Part shown: positions 44,526 through 54,850 of the stretch, in pieces | Layout of the letters: every line of letters begins with the position of its first letter | How positions within the stretch are numbered: position 1 is the first letter of the stretch | Origin: Alphaproteobacteria bacterium | Lineage (GTDB): Bacteria; Pseudomonadota; Alphaproteobacteria; SP197 | DNA: 64,000 nucleotides | NCBI GenBank assembly: GCA_964291265.2 | Contig: OZ219747.1 | Coordinates: 3,232,001 to 3,296,000, forward strand | Direction of reading: 5' to 3' | The notes under the pieces: generated by a model | Database searches by the model: none | Told to the model about the DNA's origin: nothing | Seen by the model: only the letters and a program-made list of their open reading frames with translations | Made by a program: the position numbers and the translations under genes

Positions 44526-45733
44526 TCTGTGACCGGGCCGAACAGGTCCAGTTGACGGTCGATTGGATTGGAACGCGACGGGTCCGGGTCAAGCTGGTTC
44601 ATCCTGAGCAATTCGCCGGCCGTGTAGAGGTGATCCCTTAGCGCCAACCGTCCGGGCTCATTCAACGGGCCTATGCGGCTTTCGCCACTTTCCGCCGTGA
44701 CGGCAATGATCTGGTTCGGCGAGATATCCGGATCGTCGAGCAGTTCCGGGCTGTGGCTTGTGACAAGAACCTGCGTGTGCTCGGCTGCGTCCCGGAGGCT
44801 GTCCACCAGCACACCGGCGGCCGCGGGGTGCAGTGCAATTTCCGGCTCCTCAATGCCGACGAGCCAGCGTCTCCGGTCGTCTTGGGCATAGCTCTGGAAC
44901 AGCGCCACCAGGACCCCGAGCGCGCGCAGCGTACCGTCCGACATGTTCCCGGCGAGGAACTGCCACGGGTGTCGCGCACCTCGAACCCTCTGGCGGAACG
45001 CCAGGGTTTCCCTTGGCCCGATGGCACGGCGATCGACGCCGGCAATCCCGGGCACCACCTGGCCGAGATAGTCTTCGATTCTTCGCTTGAAGGCCGGCGC
45101 GTTCTCCGAAAGGTTGTGCAGGACGCTGGCCATGTTCCAGCCGTCCCGTGCCAGGAGCATTCCCGGATCGGGCGGCTGGAGATCCCGGATCTCTTCTGGG
45201 TTCAGATTGTAGAAGCCCGTTGTCGCCAGGGCATCGTAAACGGCGCGGAACGGCTCCAGGCCCGAAGCCGTGACGAGATACAGTCGGTCGGCGGCGGCGA
45301 CGGGAGGATGCGTGATCGTGCTTTCGACAACAGCGCCCCGCTCTACCTTGTAACGATGCTCGCCAAGCTCGTTTCGTGGCGCGACGAGGCACTCTTCCTT
45401 CCGGACTTCGTAGCCGCCCCTTTTTGTGGCTCCGACCGTGAAGGCGTGGTAGCCGACCCATTCCTCGAGCGTGAACTCGAGCCGAATGCTGAAATGGGTC
45501 GGGTGGCCGCCGGAGCGTCGGCGGACCTCGCCGATGCCGCCGCGGTCGCGCAACGCATGGTCCATGGAGTAACGGAGCGATTCGGCGGTGAATCTGAGCG
45601 CATCGAGAAAATTGCTCTTGCCCGAGCCATTCGGCCCGACGAGAAAGGAAAGCTGCGCCGGCCTCACATCGCAGGCGACGATGCTCTTGTAGTTTCGCAA
45701 GACGATGCGCGTCAGCAGGCGACGGTCGGACAT
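44522..45733 (-). CDS. ABC-type AAA_21/AAA_15 ATPase
   Basis: NYKSI, VGPNGSGKSN, MSDGTLR, IEEPEIALHP and VTSHSP. Confidence 0.88.
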   Translation of the reverse strand: MSDRRLLTRIVLRNYKSIVACDVRPAQLSFLVGPNGSGKSNFLDALRFTAESLRYSMDHALRDRGGIGEVRRRSGGHPTHFSIRLEFTLEEWVGYHAFTVGATKRGGYEVRKEECLVAPRNELGEHRYKVERGAVVESTITHPPVAAADRLYLVTASGLEPFRAVYDALATTGFYNLNPEEIRDLQPPDPGMLLARDGWNMASVLHNLSENAPAFKRRIEDYLGQVVPGIAGVDRRAIGPRETLAFRQRVRGARHPWQFLAGNMSDGTLRALGVLVALFQSYAQDDRRRWLVGIEEPEIALHPAAAGVLVDSLRDAAEHTQVLVTSHSPELLDDPDISPNQIIAVTAESGESRIGPLNEPGRLALRDHLYTAGELLRMNQLDPDPSRSNPIDRQLDLFGPVTE

Positions 45734-45990
45734 TGAAGGTCTCTCGCTGGCGAGGCGGCGCGGCTCCGAGGTCAGTCTATCAGATCAGACACCCGACCCG
45801 CAGGAACACCTTGCCGTGAACATCACCGGGAATCAGGCCCCGTAAAACCCTGGATCGCCTGACACCACAACATCCGCGTCCTCAGCGGTCAGATCCGGAC
45901 GTGACGGGGTGGAATGACGGGTGCACCGCAGACATGAAGCCGCAGATGCTGTGGAGGCCCGCTTCGGTCATGGCCCTTGCAGCATGTGCT

Positions 45991-46443
45991 TCATGTGTCG
46001 TCGAGCAGGGCATCCATGATGCGCCTGGTGTCGGAATAGGCCGCAGCGCTCGTGGTGCGGCGGGGGCCGGCGACATTGAGGATCTGCACGTCATGCCGCT
46101 CGACCCAGTTTCGGCAGACAGCGAACGCATCTGGTGTCTCGTCGGGATGAACCACGAGGCAGGGTTTGCCGCAGGCCAGCGCCAGCCTTTCGGTGAGCGC
46201 TGTGCCCCCGGTCAGTGGTCGTCGCGCCACAATGAGCGTGGCATCCGAATCGCGCACGTTGAAGCGTGTGCGCTGGGCATGGTCACTCAGTGGTGTTTCC
46301 GCCAGCGGGTAACGCTCATCGATGATGCCATTGTCAGCCAGCCGACCCCTGGGACACCACCCGCCGGCCGTTCGGCCCCTGGCCAGCGCGGCATCGAGTG
46401 CCGCCCTGTCGGCGCCGGCCTGGCCCCCGGAGATGATCTTCAA
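45991..46443 (-). CDS. SLOG-family protein (putative molybdenum carrier / cpYpsA)
   Basis: KIISGGQAGADRAALD, GGWCPRGR, RTRFNVRDSDATL and LNVAGPR. Start uncertain. Confidence 0.85.
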   Translation of the reverse strand: MKIISGGQAGADRAALDAALARGRTAGGWCPRGRLADNGIIDERYPLAETPLSDHAQRTRFNVRDSDATLIVARRPLTGGTALTERLALACGKPCLVVHPDETPDAFAVCRNWVERHDVQILNVAGPRRTTSAAAYSDTRRIMDALLDDT

Positions 46444-47129
46444 AGGAGATAAACGGCAAGCAGCACCAGAACAACAATACACGATACCGTCGACACCACG
46501 GTCAGGCGCATGACCCGCTTGTAGGTGGAAAGGTGCTCGCTGTCGGCACGCTGCCAGTCGGCGATGACTTCGGCCATGGATGATCCCCGGTCGGACTGTC
46601 TTCACTGTCGGGCACGGACTGTATCGGCAGGAAGACCTTCACTCAAGCACGGGGAATCACGCCGTCCTGATCGCGACGATCCGCCCGGCCTGAGGGCGCC
46701 GCAGCACAGCTCCCATGTCAGAAGTCGCGGTGTCCTGACGGGCGAAGCACGACGTGACGTGTCACGTCAATCGGTCGCCCGGCATGCACTCGAAGGCCTG
46801 TTGACGACGGCAAGGATATCATGGCGGGCGCCGCCATCGATGAGCGCTTCAGGTGTCATGAGCAAGGCCGTGCGGTTCAGCGATATCGGTGGGAAGTCGA
46901 TGGAACGCCGCAAGGTTGTCCGGGATAGGTACGATCTGCGAACCCCGGGACATGCCATGCCATGCCACGCATGAAGCCATGCGGCCCGTAGCACATGCAC
47001 TCCGCGATCGAGGAGATCCGGGGGCGGTTCACGTGGCCGCAGCCATTCTTGACGACATGGACCGGCAAGAGCGCGATACTGTTCGACAACTTTCAGAGTG
47101 TGAATGATAACACATTGATAATAATATGT

Positions 47130-47560
47130 TTATTGATTCATGTGCCACCCGTTGCATGAGAAGACGGTACGCCGCCAGCCTGGCCCGGGCCAGGGAACTT
47201 GCCTCGGTGCGCTCGTAGTCCCTGGCCCATCGACGGCACCGGCCCGTCCAGGCACTGGTCCTCTCCGCAATCCGACGGCGGGGACGAACGGCGAACTCCC
47301 TGACATCCCTGGGTTTCTCGACAATCACGGTCGAGTCCGGCAAGCCCCTGGGGGCAGTGCGTCACGCAACCTGTGACCCCGTAGCCGCCGTCAGCAAACA
47401 CCCGGGAGGCCTCCGGGGCCTTGCGCGGAAGGTCCACAAGCCGTGTCCCGATCCTGGATGTCGGCCGCATGAACCCTTCACGGACAATCGGTGCCTCCTC
47501 GGTGTCCGCCGTCAGATGACTCTTCCTGCCCGCATCATGAGCAGAGGGACCGCCGCATTC
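47130..47560 (-). pseudogene. IS5-family transposase remnant
   Basis: GRKSHLTADT, VFADGGY and RRRIAERTSAW...RRWARDYER, broken by frameshifts. Confidence 0.75.
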
Positions 47561-47796
47561 CTCGATGGAGCCGTTGCGACGGGTTCCTCGCCTGCATCCC
47601 TGGCAGGACAGTCCTGCAATGGACACGCAGGCAAACGGCATGTATGGCAAGGTGGCGTGAGGTTCACGGCTCTGTGAGCGTGGTCCACGATGCCGGCAGA
47701 GCAGTCCGCCGCCCATGATTCGAGACCGCCCTGACGGCTGGATTGCCGATCCGGCATCGCTACACTCACATGACCCAGCATTCGGGATGCCAGTTC

Positions 47797-49926
47797 ATGT
47801 TGACCGTGCTGTACCGTCTGCCGCTTGCCGGGCTGCTCGTCCTCTGGATGATCGCTGCACCCCTTGTGCCTGTTGCTGCACAGGAGACGATCGACACCAT
47901 CCCCGGGCTCGTGTCTGTCCTTGAGGATCCCGTCAAACGTCAGCAGTTGATCGACAGACTCAATGCACTGGCATCGGCCGCAGACGAGGCCATCGAACAG
48001 GAGACTGCCTCCGGCATCTCCGGATTGGACCAGAGGCTGAAGGGTCTCCTGGAGAATCTCGATGACGGCAGGCAGTTGACGGGCTGGATCATCGACGAGG
48101 TGTCGCATCAGGACTTCGGTTCCGGGCTTCTCCGCATCGCAGGGCAGGCCGGACTGGCCCTTGTTGCTGGCATCCTCGCCTGGCTGGCGGTCGTCGGTCT
48201 CACGGCCGCTCAGCGAAGGAAGCTGCAGGAGGACGGAGGCGCAAGTGTGATGGGGCGGCTGATCGATGCCGGCTCCCGATTCCTGCTCGCCATGGCGCCC
48301 GTCACCGGATTCCTCCTGGCGACCTGGCTTGCCGCCTTCGTTCTGAACCCCGATGCCGTCGCGTTGGCCGTCCTCTACACGACCGCCATGCTCGTCGGGC
48401 TCTACGCCGTCGCCGTCATTCTGGTTCGCGTCATCATGTCGCCCCTGCGCCCCGCCACCCGACTGCTGCCGGTCGCCGATCGCGAGGCAGCCTACCTCGT
48501 GGTCTGGTTCAACCGTTTCTGGGCGATCGGACTTGCGGGCTTCCTGGCCACGGATCTGCTGCTGGCACTGGGCGCCCCCGAAGCGAGCGCCGGTTCCCTG
48601 GTGCGCGTCGTCGGACTGGTGCTCGCCATCATGGCGATTGTCGTCATCCTGCAGAATCGGGTTGCGGTTGCCTCCTGGATTGGCGATGCGGCGGATGGCC
48701 GGGCGCACTTCATGCGCTCGCGCCTCGGCGATGTCTGGCATGTGGTGGCCATCCTTGCTGTCGTCATCACGTTCATCGTGTGGGTCTTCGAGGCGCGCTC
48801 GGGCACGGTGTTCATTCTTCGCGGCCTCGCCTTCACGTTTCTTGCCGGGCTGGCCGGGGCGCTTGCCAGCACCCTGGCGCAACGGTCCCTGTCGAGACTC
48901 TTTCGCATCGGTGCTGACCTGCAGGAGCGGTTTCCGGACCTCGAACGGCGCAGCAACCGCTATCTCCCGCTTGTCGGCGCTTTCACCAATGTGGTGATCT
49001 GGACCGTCGCCATCGTCACGGCACTGGAAAGCTGGGGCGTCGAGGCGACGCACATCTTCCTGTCGCCCGATGGACTCGATCTTCTCGGGCGGCTGATGGC
49101 CGTTGTCGTGGTTGTCATCGTTGCCATCCTGATCTGGGAAATCGGCGATGGTGTCATTGCCAGCCAGCTCAGACGCAGTCGCGGAGAAGGGGCCAACCCG
49201 CGTGTCCTCACCCTGCTCCCGCTGGCGAGAAACATCCTCCTCGTCGTGATCGGGGGCGTGGCGGCCATGACGATCCTGGGCGAGCTCGGGCTCGATGTCA
49301 CGCCGTTGCTCGCAGGTGCCGGCGTCGTCGGGCTCGCCATCGGGTTCGGCGCCCAGTCTCTCATCAAGGACATCATCACCGGAACGTTCATCCTGTTCGA
49401 GAACCAGTTCACGGTGGGTGACTGGATCGAGGTCGGCGGCAAGATGGGAGGAGTCGAGAGCGTGACCGTGCGTACTGTGCAGTTGCGCGATCTGAATGGC
49501 TACGTCCATACGATTCCCTTCGGTGACATCTCCTCCGTCACCAACATGATGCGGGACTTCGGGTTCGCGGTGATCGACATCGGTGTCGCTTATCAGGAGA
49601 ACACGGACAAGGTGATCGATGTGGTGCGGCGGATCGACGAGGAGGCGCGCGGTGACGAGACGCTGAATGAGCGCCTTGCCGGGGATCTCGAGGTGCTGGG
49701 CGTCAATGACCTGGGCGACTCGGCCGTCACCCTCAGGTTCCGCATTCGCACCCTTGCCGGCTATCAGTGGGGCGTGCGCCGCGAGTATCTGAGACGTCTC
49801 AAGCTCGGATTCGACGAGGCCGGTATCGAGATACCCTATCCGCACATGACGGTCTATTTCGGTGAAGTCCGTGGGGGTCGGACCTCACCGGCCTACGTCC
49901 GTCTCGACGCCACGGGAGAGACCTGA
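47797..49926 (+). CDS. MscS-family mechanosensitive channel (YbiO-like)
   Basis: Multiple TM segments; LLAGAGVVGLAIGFGAQSLIKD...GDW and IEIPYP. Confidence 0.9.
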   Translation: MLTVLYRLPLAGLLVLWMIAAPLVPVAAQETIDTIPGLVSVLEDPVKRQQLIDRLNALASAADEAIEQETASGISGLDQRLKGLLENLDDGRQLTGWIIDEVSHQDFGSGLLRIAGQAGLALVAGILAWLAVVGLTAAQRRKLQEDGGASVMGRLIDAGSRFLLAMAPVTGFLLATWLAAFVLNPDAVALAVLYTTAMLVGLYAVAVILVRVIMSPLRPATRLLPVADREAAYLVVWFNRFWAIGLAGFLATDLLLALGAPEASAGSLVRVVGLVLAIMAIVVILQNRVAVASWIGDAADGRAHFMRSRLGDVWHVVAILAVVITFIVWVFEARSGTVFILRGLAFTFLAGLAGALASTLAQRSLSRLFRIGADLQERFPDLERRSNRYLPLVGAFTNVVIWTVAIVTALESWGVEATHIFLSPDGLDLLGRLMAVVVVVIVAILIWEIGDGVIASQLRRSRGEGANPRVLTLLPLARNILLVVIGGVAAMTILGELGLDVTPLLAGAGVVGLAIGFGAQSLIKDIITGTFILFENQFTVGDWIEVGGKMGGVESVTVRTVQLRDLNGYVHTIPFGDISSVTNMMRDFGFAVIDIGVAYQENTDKVIDVVRRIDEEARGDETLNERLAGDLEVLGVNDLGDSAVTLRFRIRTLAGYQWGVRREYLRRLKLGFDEAGIEIPYPHMTVYFGEVRGGRTSPAYVRLDATGET

Positions 49927-50940
49927 GTGCCTGGTTTGACAACCCTGGCCTCGACCCGCAGGCCTCGGGATGCCCGACACGTTCCAGGGGCCGTGGAGGT
50001 GAGATCCTTCACGTTTCTCCTGATCCCGGAGTTCTCGATGATGGCCTTCGCCGCCGCCGTCGAACCGTTGCGCTCGGCCAACCGAATGAGCGGCGCCACG
50101 CACTATCGCTGGATGATCATTTCGAGCGATGGCCGGCCGGTGCGGGCGAGCAACGGAATGGAGGTCGTACCCCATCATGCGATGAGCGAGGTCGCTGCTT
50201 GCGAGACACTGTTCGTCTGTTCCGGGATCGATGCCCATGCCTTCGCCGACAGGTCTGTCATGGCGTGGCTGCGCAAGCTGGCGCGCCAGGGAACCATCAT
50301 GGGAAGCCTGTGTACAGGAACGCACATCCTTGCCCGCGCCGGCCTGATCCGGGGCCATCGCTGCACCATTCACTGGGAAGATCATGAGAGCTTCAGCGAA
50401 CAGTATCCGGACATCGCGGTGACCGACGATCTCTTCGAGATCGACCGCAACATGATCACCTGTTCCGGCGGAACGGCCTCGCTCGATCTCATGCTTCATC
50501 TCATCGGGCTTGATCACGGCGTCGAACTTGCCGGCAGGGTTTCCGAACAGTTCATTCACGAGAGGATCCGGCAATCCGATGATCGACAGCGGATGGCGCT
50601 TCACTCGCGCACCGGAGTCAGTGATGCGAAGGTTCTGGCCGCCATCGATGTCATGGAACACAACCTCGAGGAGCCCATGACGATTCCCGACATCGCCAGC
50701 GGCGTCGGTCTGTCGACCCGACAACTCGAGCGCCTGTTCATCAGGCACCTGAAGCGGTCCCCTTCACGGTACTACCGTGAAATCCGACTGCATCATGCCC
50801 GCCTGATGTTGTTGCAGGGATCAACATCGATCCTGTCGATTGCCCTTTCTGCAGGATTCGTGTCCGCCTCGCATTTCAGTCACCGCTACCGCGAACTGTT
50901 CGGTCGCCCGCCCCGCGAGGAACGGCGCGGTGTTGTCTGA
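49927..50940 (+). CDS. GlxA/AraC-family transcriptional regulator
   Basis: DJ-1-like domain (EPLRSAN, CTIHWE, TCSGG) and AraC HTH (RQLERLF, GFVSASHF). Confidence 0.92.
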   Translation: MPGLTTLASTRRPRDARHVPGAVEVRSFTFLLIPEFSMMAFAAAVEPLRSANRMSGATHYRWMIISSDGRPVRASNGMEVVPHHAMSEVAACETLFVCSGIDAHAFADRSVMAWLRKLARQGTIMGSLCTGTHILARAGLIRGHRCTIHWEDHESFSEQYPDIAVTDDLFEIDRNMITCSGGTASLDLMLHLIGLDHGVELAGRVSEQFIHERIRQSDDRQRMALHSRTGVSDAKVLAAIDVMEHNLEEPMTIPDIASGVGLSTRQLERLFIRHLKRSPSRYYREIRLHHARLMLLQGSTSILSIALSAGFVSASHFSHRYRELFGRPPREERRGVV

Positions 50941-51901
50941 TCCGCGTCGACTGCCGGGAGTGGCGCTGACCTGCAGCGTTCTCTTCCTGACTGCCCTCCC
51001 TTCGGCCGCGGACTCCGGATGGGACGAGTTTCTCGCCGGCGTGCGCACCGAGGCAGCTGCAGCCGGTGTCGGTCAGCAGACCCTCGATGCGGCGCTCACC
51101 GGACTCGAGCCGATCGCGCGGGTGATCGAACTCGACCGCCACCAGCCCGAAAGCGTGCTGACCTTCGATGAATACATGGAAAGCAGGGTGCCGGAGTCCC
51201 TGATCGACAAGGCGGAGGAGAAGTATGCCGAACACCGGCCGCTTCTGGAGGCGATCGCCGCCCACTATGGTTTCGACGCCGAGTACATCGTCGCCATCTG
51301 GGCTGTTGAAACCAGGTTCGGGAGCTACACCGGCGGCTTCGACGTGATTGCCGCCCTCGCGACCCTCGCCTTCGATGGCCGGCGCGGTGCCTTTTTCCGC
51401 AATGAACTCCTGCACGCCCTCACGATTCTCGATGAAGGACACATCTCCCGCAACGACATGACGGGATCGTGGGCGGGAGCCATGGGTCAGAGCCAGTTCA
51501 TGCCGTCGAGTTTCAACCGGTTCGCGGTGGACTGGGATCTCGACCGGCGTCGCGACATCTGGCAGAACCGTGGAGATGTCTTTGCATCGATTGCCAACTA
51601 CCTGGCGCGTTCGGGATGGCAACGCGGCATGCCATGGGGGCGCGCGGTCACCGTGCCAGGGGAGCCTGGCCTCGCGCCGGACGGAATCGAGCCCCTTGAA
51701 ACGTGGTTCTCGCGCGGCGTGACGTGGCAGGGTGAGGTTTCCGACCTGCCCCTGAATGCCGCGGCGTCGCTCGTTCTGCCTGCCGGCGCCGATGGCCCCG
51801 CCTTCCTCGTGTTCGACAACTACAGGGCGATTCTCAAATGGAACCGGTCCGACTACTTCGCGATGTCTGTGACTGCCATAGCCGACGCGCTTTCCCGATG
51901 A
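50930..51901 (+). CDS. mltB: Lytic murein transglycosylase (MltB/SLT_2)
   Basis: AIWAVETRFG, GSWAGAMGQSQFMPSS and KWNRS. Confidence 0.9.
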   Translation: MLSDPRRLPGVALTCSVLFLTALPSAADSGWDEFLAGVRTEAAAAGVGQQTLDAALTGLEPIARVIELDRHQPESVLTFDEYMESRVPESLIDKAEEKYAEHRPLLEAIAAHYGFDAEYIVAIWAVETRFGSYTGGFDVIAALATLAFDGRRGAFFRNELLHALTILDEGHISRNDMTGSWAGAMGQSQFMPSSFNRFAVDWDLDRRRDIWQNRGDVFASIANYLARSGWQRGMPWGRAVTVPGEPGLAPDGIEPLETWFSRGVTWQGEVSDLPLNAAASLVLPAGADGPAFLVFDNYRAILKWNRSDYFAMSVTAIADALSR

Positions 51902-52701
51902 TCACGACGACGGCGCGTACCGCCGGCGTGGTGCTGCTCGGCCTTCTTCTGGCGGCCTGTGCCGGGATCGATTCTGCCACCACGGTGATGAAGTCCGGCG
52001 ACCAGGAGCCACGGGGTCATTACAAGGTCGGGCAACCCTATGAAATCAAGGGAGTCTGGTACCATCCCGAAGAAAATCCCTTCTACGACGAGGAGGGTAT
52101 CGCGTCCTGGTATGGTGAACCCTTTCACGGACAGCTGACCGCCAACGGTGAAGTCTATGACATGAACGAACTGACGGCGGCCCACAAGACGCTGCCCATG
52201 CCTGTCTACGTCAGGGTCACCAACCTGGAGAATGGGCGAAGTCTTGTCCTCAGGGTGAATGACCGCGGTCCGTTCATTGCCGGGCGCATCATCGACGTGT
52301 CACGCCGCGGCGCCCAGCTGCTCGGATTCGAAGGTCAGGGAACGGCCCGGGTCAGGGTTCAGGTCGTCGATCAGGAGAGCGGCAGGACCTGGGCCGAACT
52401 CGGCCGCGAGCCGGCGGGAACGGACAGTGCATCGGCGCCGGCCATCGATCTGACCCACGAGGATCCCGGTGGCGGCCTGTTCGTCCAGGCAGGCGCCTTC
52501 ACGAACGCGGCAAACGCCTTCGTGGTGAGCCATGCACTTGTCGGTACCGGTGACGTCCACGTCATCCGCGCCGTGGTCGAGAATCGGGTCTTCTACCGCG
52601 TCCGCGTCGGTCCCTTCCTCGCTCGTGGCCAGGCCGACCGCATACGCGAACAGGTCATGGGTCTCGGCTTTCACGAGGCCATTGTCGTCACCGTCATGTG
52701 A
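51898..52701 (+). CDS. rlpA: Septal ring lytic transglycosylase RlpA with SPOR domain
   Basis: Lipobox LAAC; GIASWYG, TAAHKTLP and RVNDRGPF; SPOR VQAGAF. Confidence 0.93.
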   Translation: MITTTARTAGVVLLGLLLAACAGIDSATTVMKSGDQEPRGHYKVGQPYEIKGVWYHPEENPFYDEEGIASWYGEPFHGQLTANGEVYDMNELTAAHKTLPMPVYVRVTNLENGRSLVLRVNDRGPFIAGRIIDVSRRGAQLLGFEGQGTARVRVQVVDQESGRTWAELGREPAGTDSASAPAIDLTHEDPGGGLFVQAGAFTNAANAFVVSHALVGTGDVHVIRAVVENRVFYRVRVGPFLARGQADRIREQVMGLGFHEAIVVTVM

Positions 52702-53032
52702 CGCGTCCGCGTGCGCATGTGCAGGCGCGGCAGAGAATTCAGCGTCGGTGTCTCATGTCGCGGACCCGCTCCTCCTCCACGCCGAGCGTCACCGAACCTG
52801 CCCGGGCTGTTGTCCTGAAGGGGCCGCCGGTCGGTCTGCCTGAATTTCCCGTGAGCATCCCGTCTGTCATCCGGCAGGACCGTGAGGAGACACCTCGAGG
52901 GTTTCCGTCACGAAAATGCCGCGCCGTGATGCCATCAGTGTTCGTGGTATCGACGAGTGGTGGGGGAAAGCGGTATCCTCGGGCGCCGAACCCGAGTACA
53001 TGCGCATTGCGGTGGTGAGCGGAAGGACATTC

Positions 53033-54166
53033 ATGAGCTGGCGAATTCTGATCGGTCTGGTTGCCACTGTCTTGCTGTCCGCGCCGCTAGCGGCATTCGA
53101 GATCTCGGCGCGTGAGGCCATCCTCGTCGACGAGACGACCAACACCGTTCTCTTCCAGAAGAATGCCGACGTTCCGACCGAACCCTCCTCGATGACCAAG
53201 CTGATGACGGTGTACCTTCTGTTGGAGAAGCTGGCGTCGGGATCGCTCGCTCTCGACGATACCCTGCCCGTCAGCGAGAAGGCGTGGCGCAAGGGTGGGT
53301 CGAAGATGTTTGTCGAGGTTGGCGACAGCGTGATGGTCGAAGACCTGTTGCGGGGGATCGTTGTCCAGTCAGGCAATGATGCGTCGATCGTGGTTGCAGA
53401 GGGACTTTCCGGATCCGAAACCGCGTTCAGCGAACTCATGACGCAACGCGCCCGGGAACTCGGCATGAACGACAGCACGTTCCGCAACTCTTCCGGCTGG
53501 CCCGAAGAGGGGCATGTGACAACCGTGACCGATCTAGCCCTCCTGGCAAGCCGGACGATCAGGGATTTTCCTCAATACTATCACTACTACTCCGAGACGG
53601 AATTCACCTACAACGACATCCAGCAGACCAACCGGAACCCGCTGCTTTACACCGGAATCGGCGCTGACGGTCTCAAGACCGGCTACACCCGCGCGGCCGG
53701 ATACGGCCTCACGGCCTCCGCGGTGCGAGGAGACCGTCGACTGATCCTCGCCGTCAACGGATTCGGGAGTGCCGCGGCCCGGTCGCAGGAGTCCGAGGCC
53801 ATCATCGAGTGGGGATTCAGGGAGTACGATACCTTCCATCTCCTTGATTCCGGTGTCGAAGTGGGTCGGGCCAGGGTCTGGCTCGGCGATTCTGACTCGG
53901 TGCCGCTTGTTCTGGCAGACAATCTGGTTGTCACGCTGCCTCGAGCAGCGCGGGACTCGCTCGATGCCCGCATCGTCTACGAAGGACCGGTGCCGGCACC
54001 GATCGCGGAAGGTCGAGAGGTCGCCCGCCTCGTGATCGAGGCGCCGGGAGTGGAGAGCATCGACAAGCCTCTGCTGGCCGGCAGTGACGTCGGGAAACCC
54101 TCCCTGCTGCTGAGAATGGCGACGGTTCTGGGTTATCTGCTCTTCGGCGATGCGGGCGCTCCTTGA
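53033..54166 (+). CDS. dacA: D-alanyl-D-alanine carboxypeptidase
   Basis: SMTK, SGN and KTG motifs. Confidence 0.93.
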   Translation: MSWRILIGLVATVLLSAPLAAFEISAREAILVDETTNTVLFQKNADVPTEPSSMTKLMTVYLLLEKLASGSLALDDTLPVSEKAWRKGGSKMFVEVGDSVMVEDLLRGIVVQSGNDASIVVAEGLSGSETAFSELMTQRARELGMNDSTFRNSSGWPEEGHVTTVTDLALLASRTIRDFPQYYHYYSETEFTYNDIQQTNRNPLLYTGIGADGLKTGYTRAAGYGLTASAVRGDRRLILAVNGFGSAAARSQESEAIIEWGFREYDTFHLLDSGVEVGRARVWLGDSDSVPLVLADNLVVTLPRAARDSLDARIVYEGPVPAPIAEGREVARLVIEAPGVESIDKPLLAGSDVGKPSLLLRMATVLGYLLFGDAGAP

Positions 54167-54795
54167 GGCGGGGCCGGCTGATCACCCTTGAAGGCGGAGA
54201 AGGAACCGGCAAGTCGACCCAGGCCCGGCGTCTGGCATCATGGGTTTCCGTGAGATACGAGGTCGAGGTTGTGGTGACGCGTGAACCTGGTGGCGCCCCA
54301 GGCGCCGAGGCAATCAGGGAGTTGCTGATTGCCGGGGCTGCCGATCGATGGGATCCGGGAACGGAGGCTCTTCTTCATGTTGCGGCCCGGCGTGAGCATG
54401 TTCTCCGAACGGTCCGCCCGGCCCTTGCGGAGGGTCGCTGGGTGGTCAGCGATCGGTTCCTTGATTCAACGAGGGCCTACCAGGGCGTGGCGCAGGGCGC
54501 TGGCCTCGACTTCGTTGACAGTATCGGTCGTCTCGCCATTGGCATGTTGCGTCCGGATCTCACGTTCATACTCGATCTCCCGGTCGGGACGGGACTCGCG
54601 AGAGCCAGGACCCGTGGGCACACCAACCGCTATGAGCGCATGGGGGAAGCCTTCCACGAACGGTTGCGCAGGGCTTTCCTTGCCATCGCCTGCAAGGAGA
54701 CCGACCGCATCAAGGTGGTCGATGCATCGGGGAGCGAGGATGACGTGGCCGGCCGTCTCGAATCGGAGATATCGCTGAGATGGCCGATACCATGA
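54163..54795 (+). CDS. tmk: Thymidylate kinase
   Basis: LEGGEGTGKST, TREPGG and SDRF. Confidence 0.96.
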   Translation: MRRGRLITLEGGEGTGKSTQARRLASWVSVRYEVEVVVTREPGGAPGAEAIRELLIAGAADRWDPGTEALLHVAARREHVLRTVRPALAEGRWVVSDRFLDSTRAYQGVAQGAGLDFVDSIGRLAIGMLRPDLTFILDLPVGTGLARARTRGHTNRYERMGEAFHERLRRAFLAIACKETDRIKVVDASGSEDDVAGRLESEISLRWPIP

Positions 54796-54850
54796 CGAGA
54801 GGCCGGAGTGACAGGGGAGGAGGCTCCTGCGAGTTCGGTCGCCAGATGTC

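Noticed and set aside
47512-49845. Long antisense ORFs (777 aa here; also 14486-16129, 22414-24153, 37510-39027 and others)
   Set aside because: They are shadows of real genes on the opposite strand in high-GC DNA and have no recognisable motifs.
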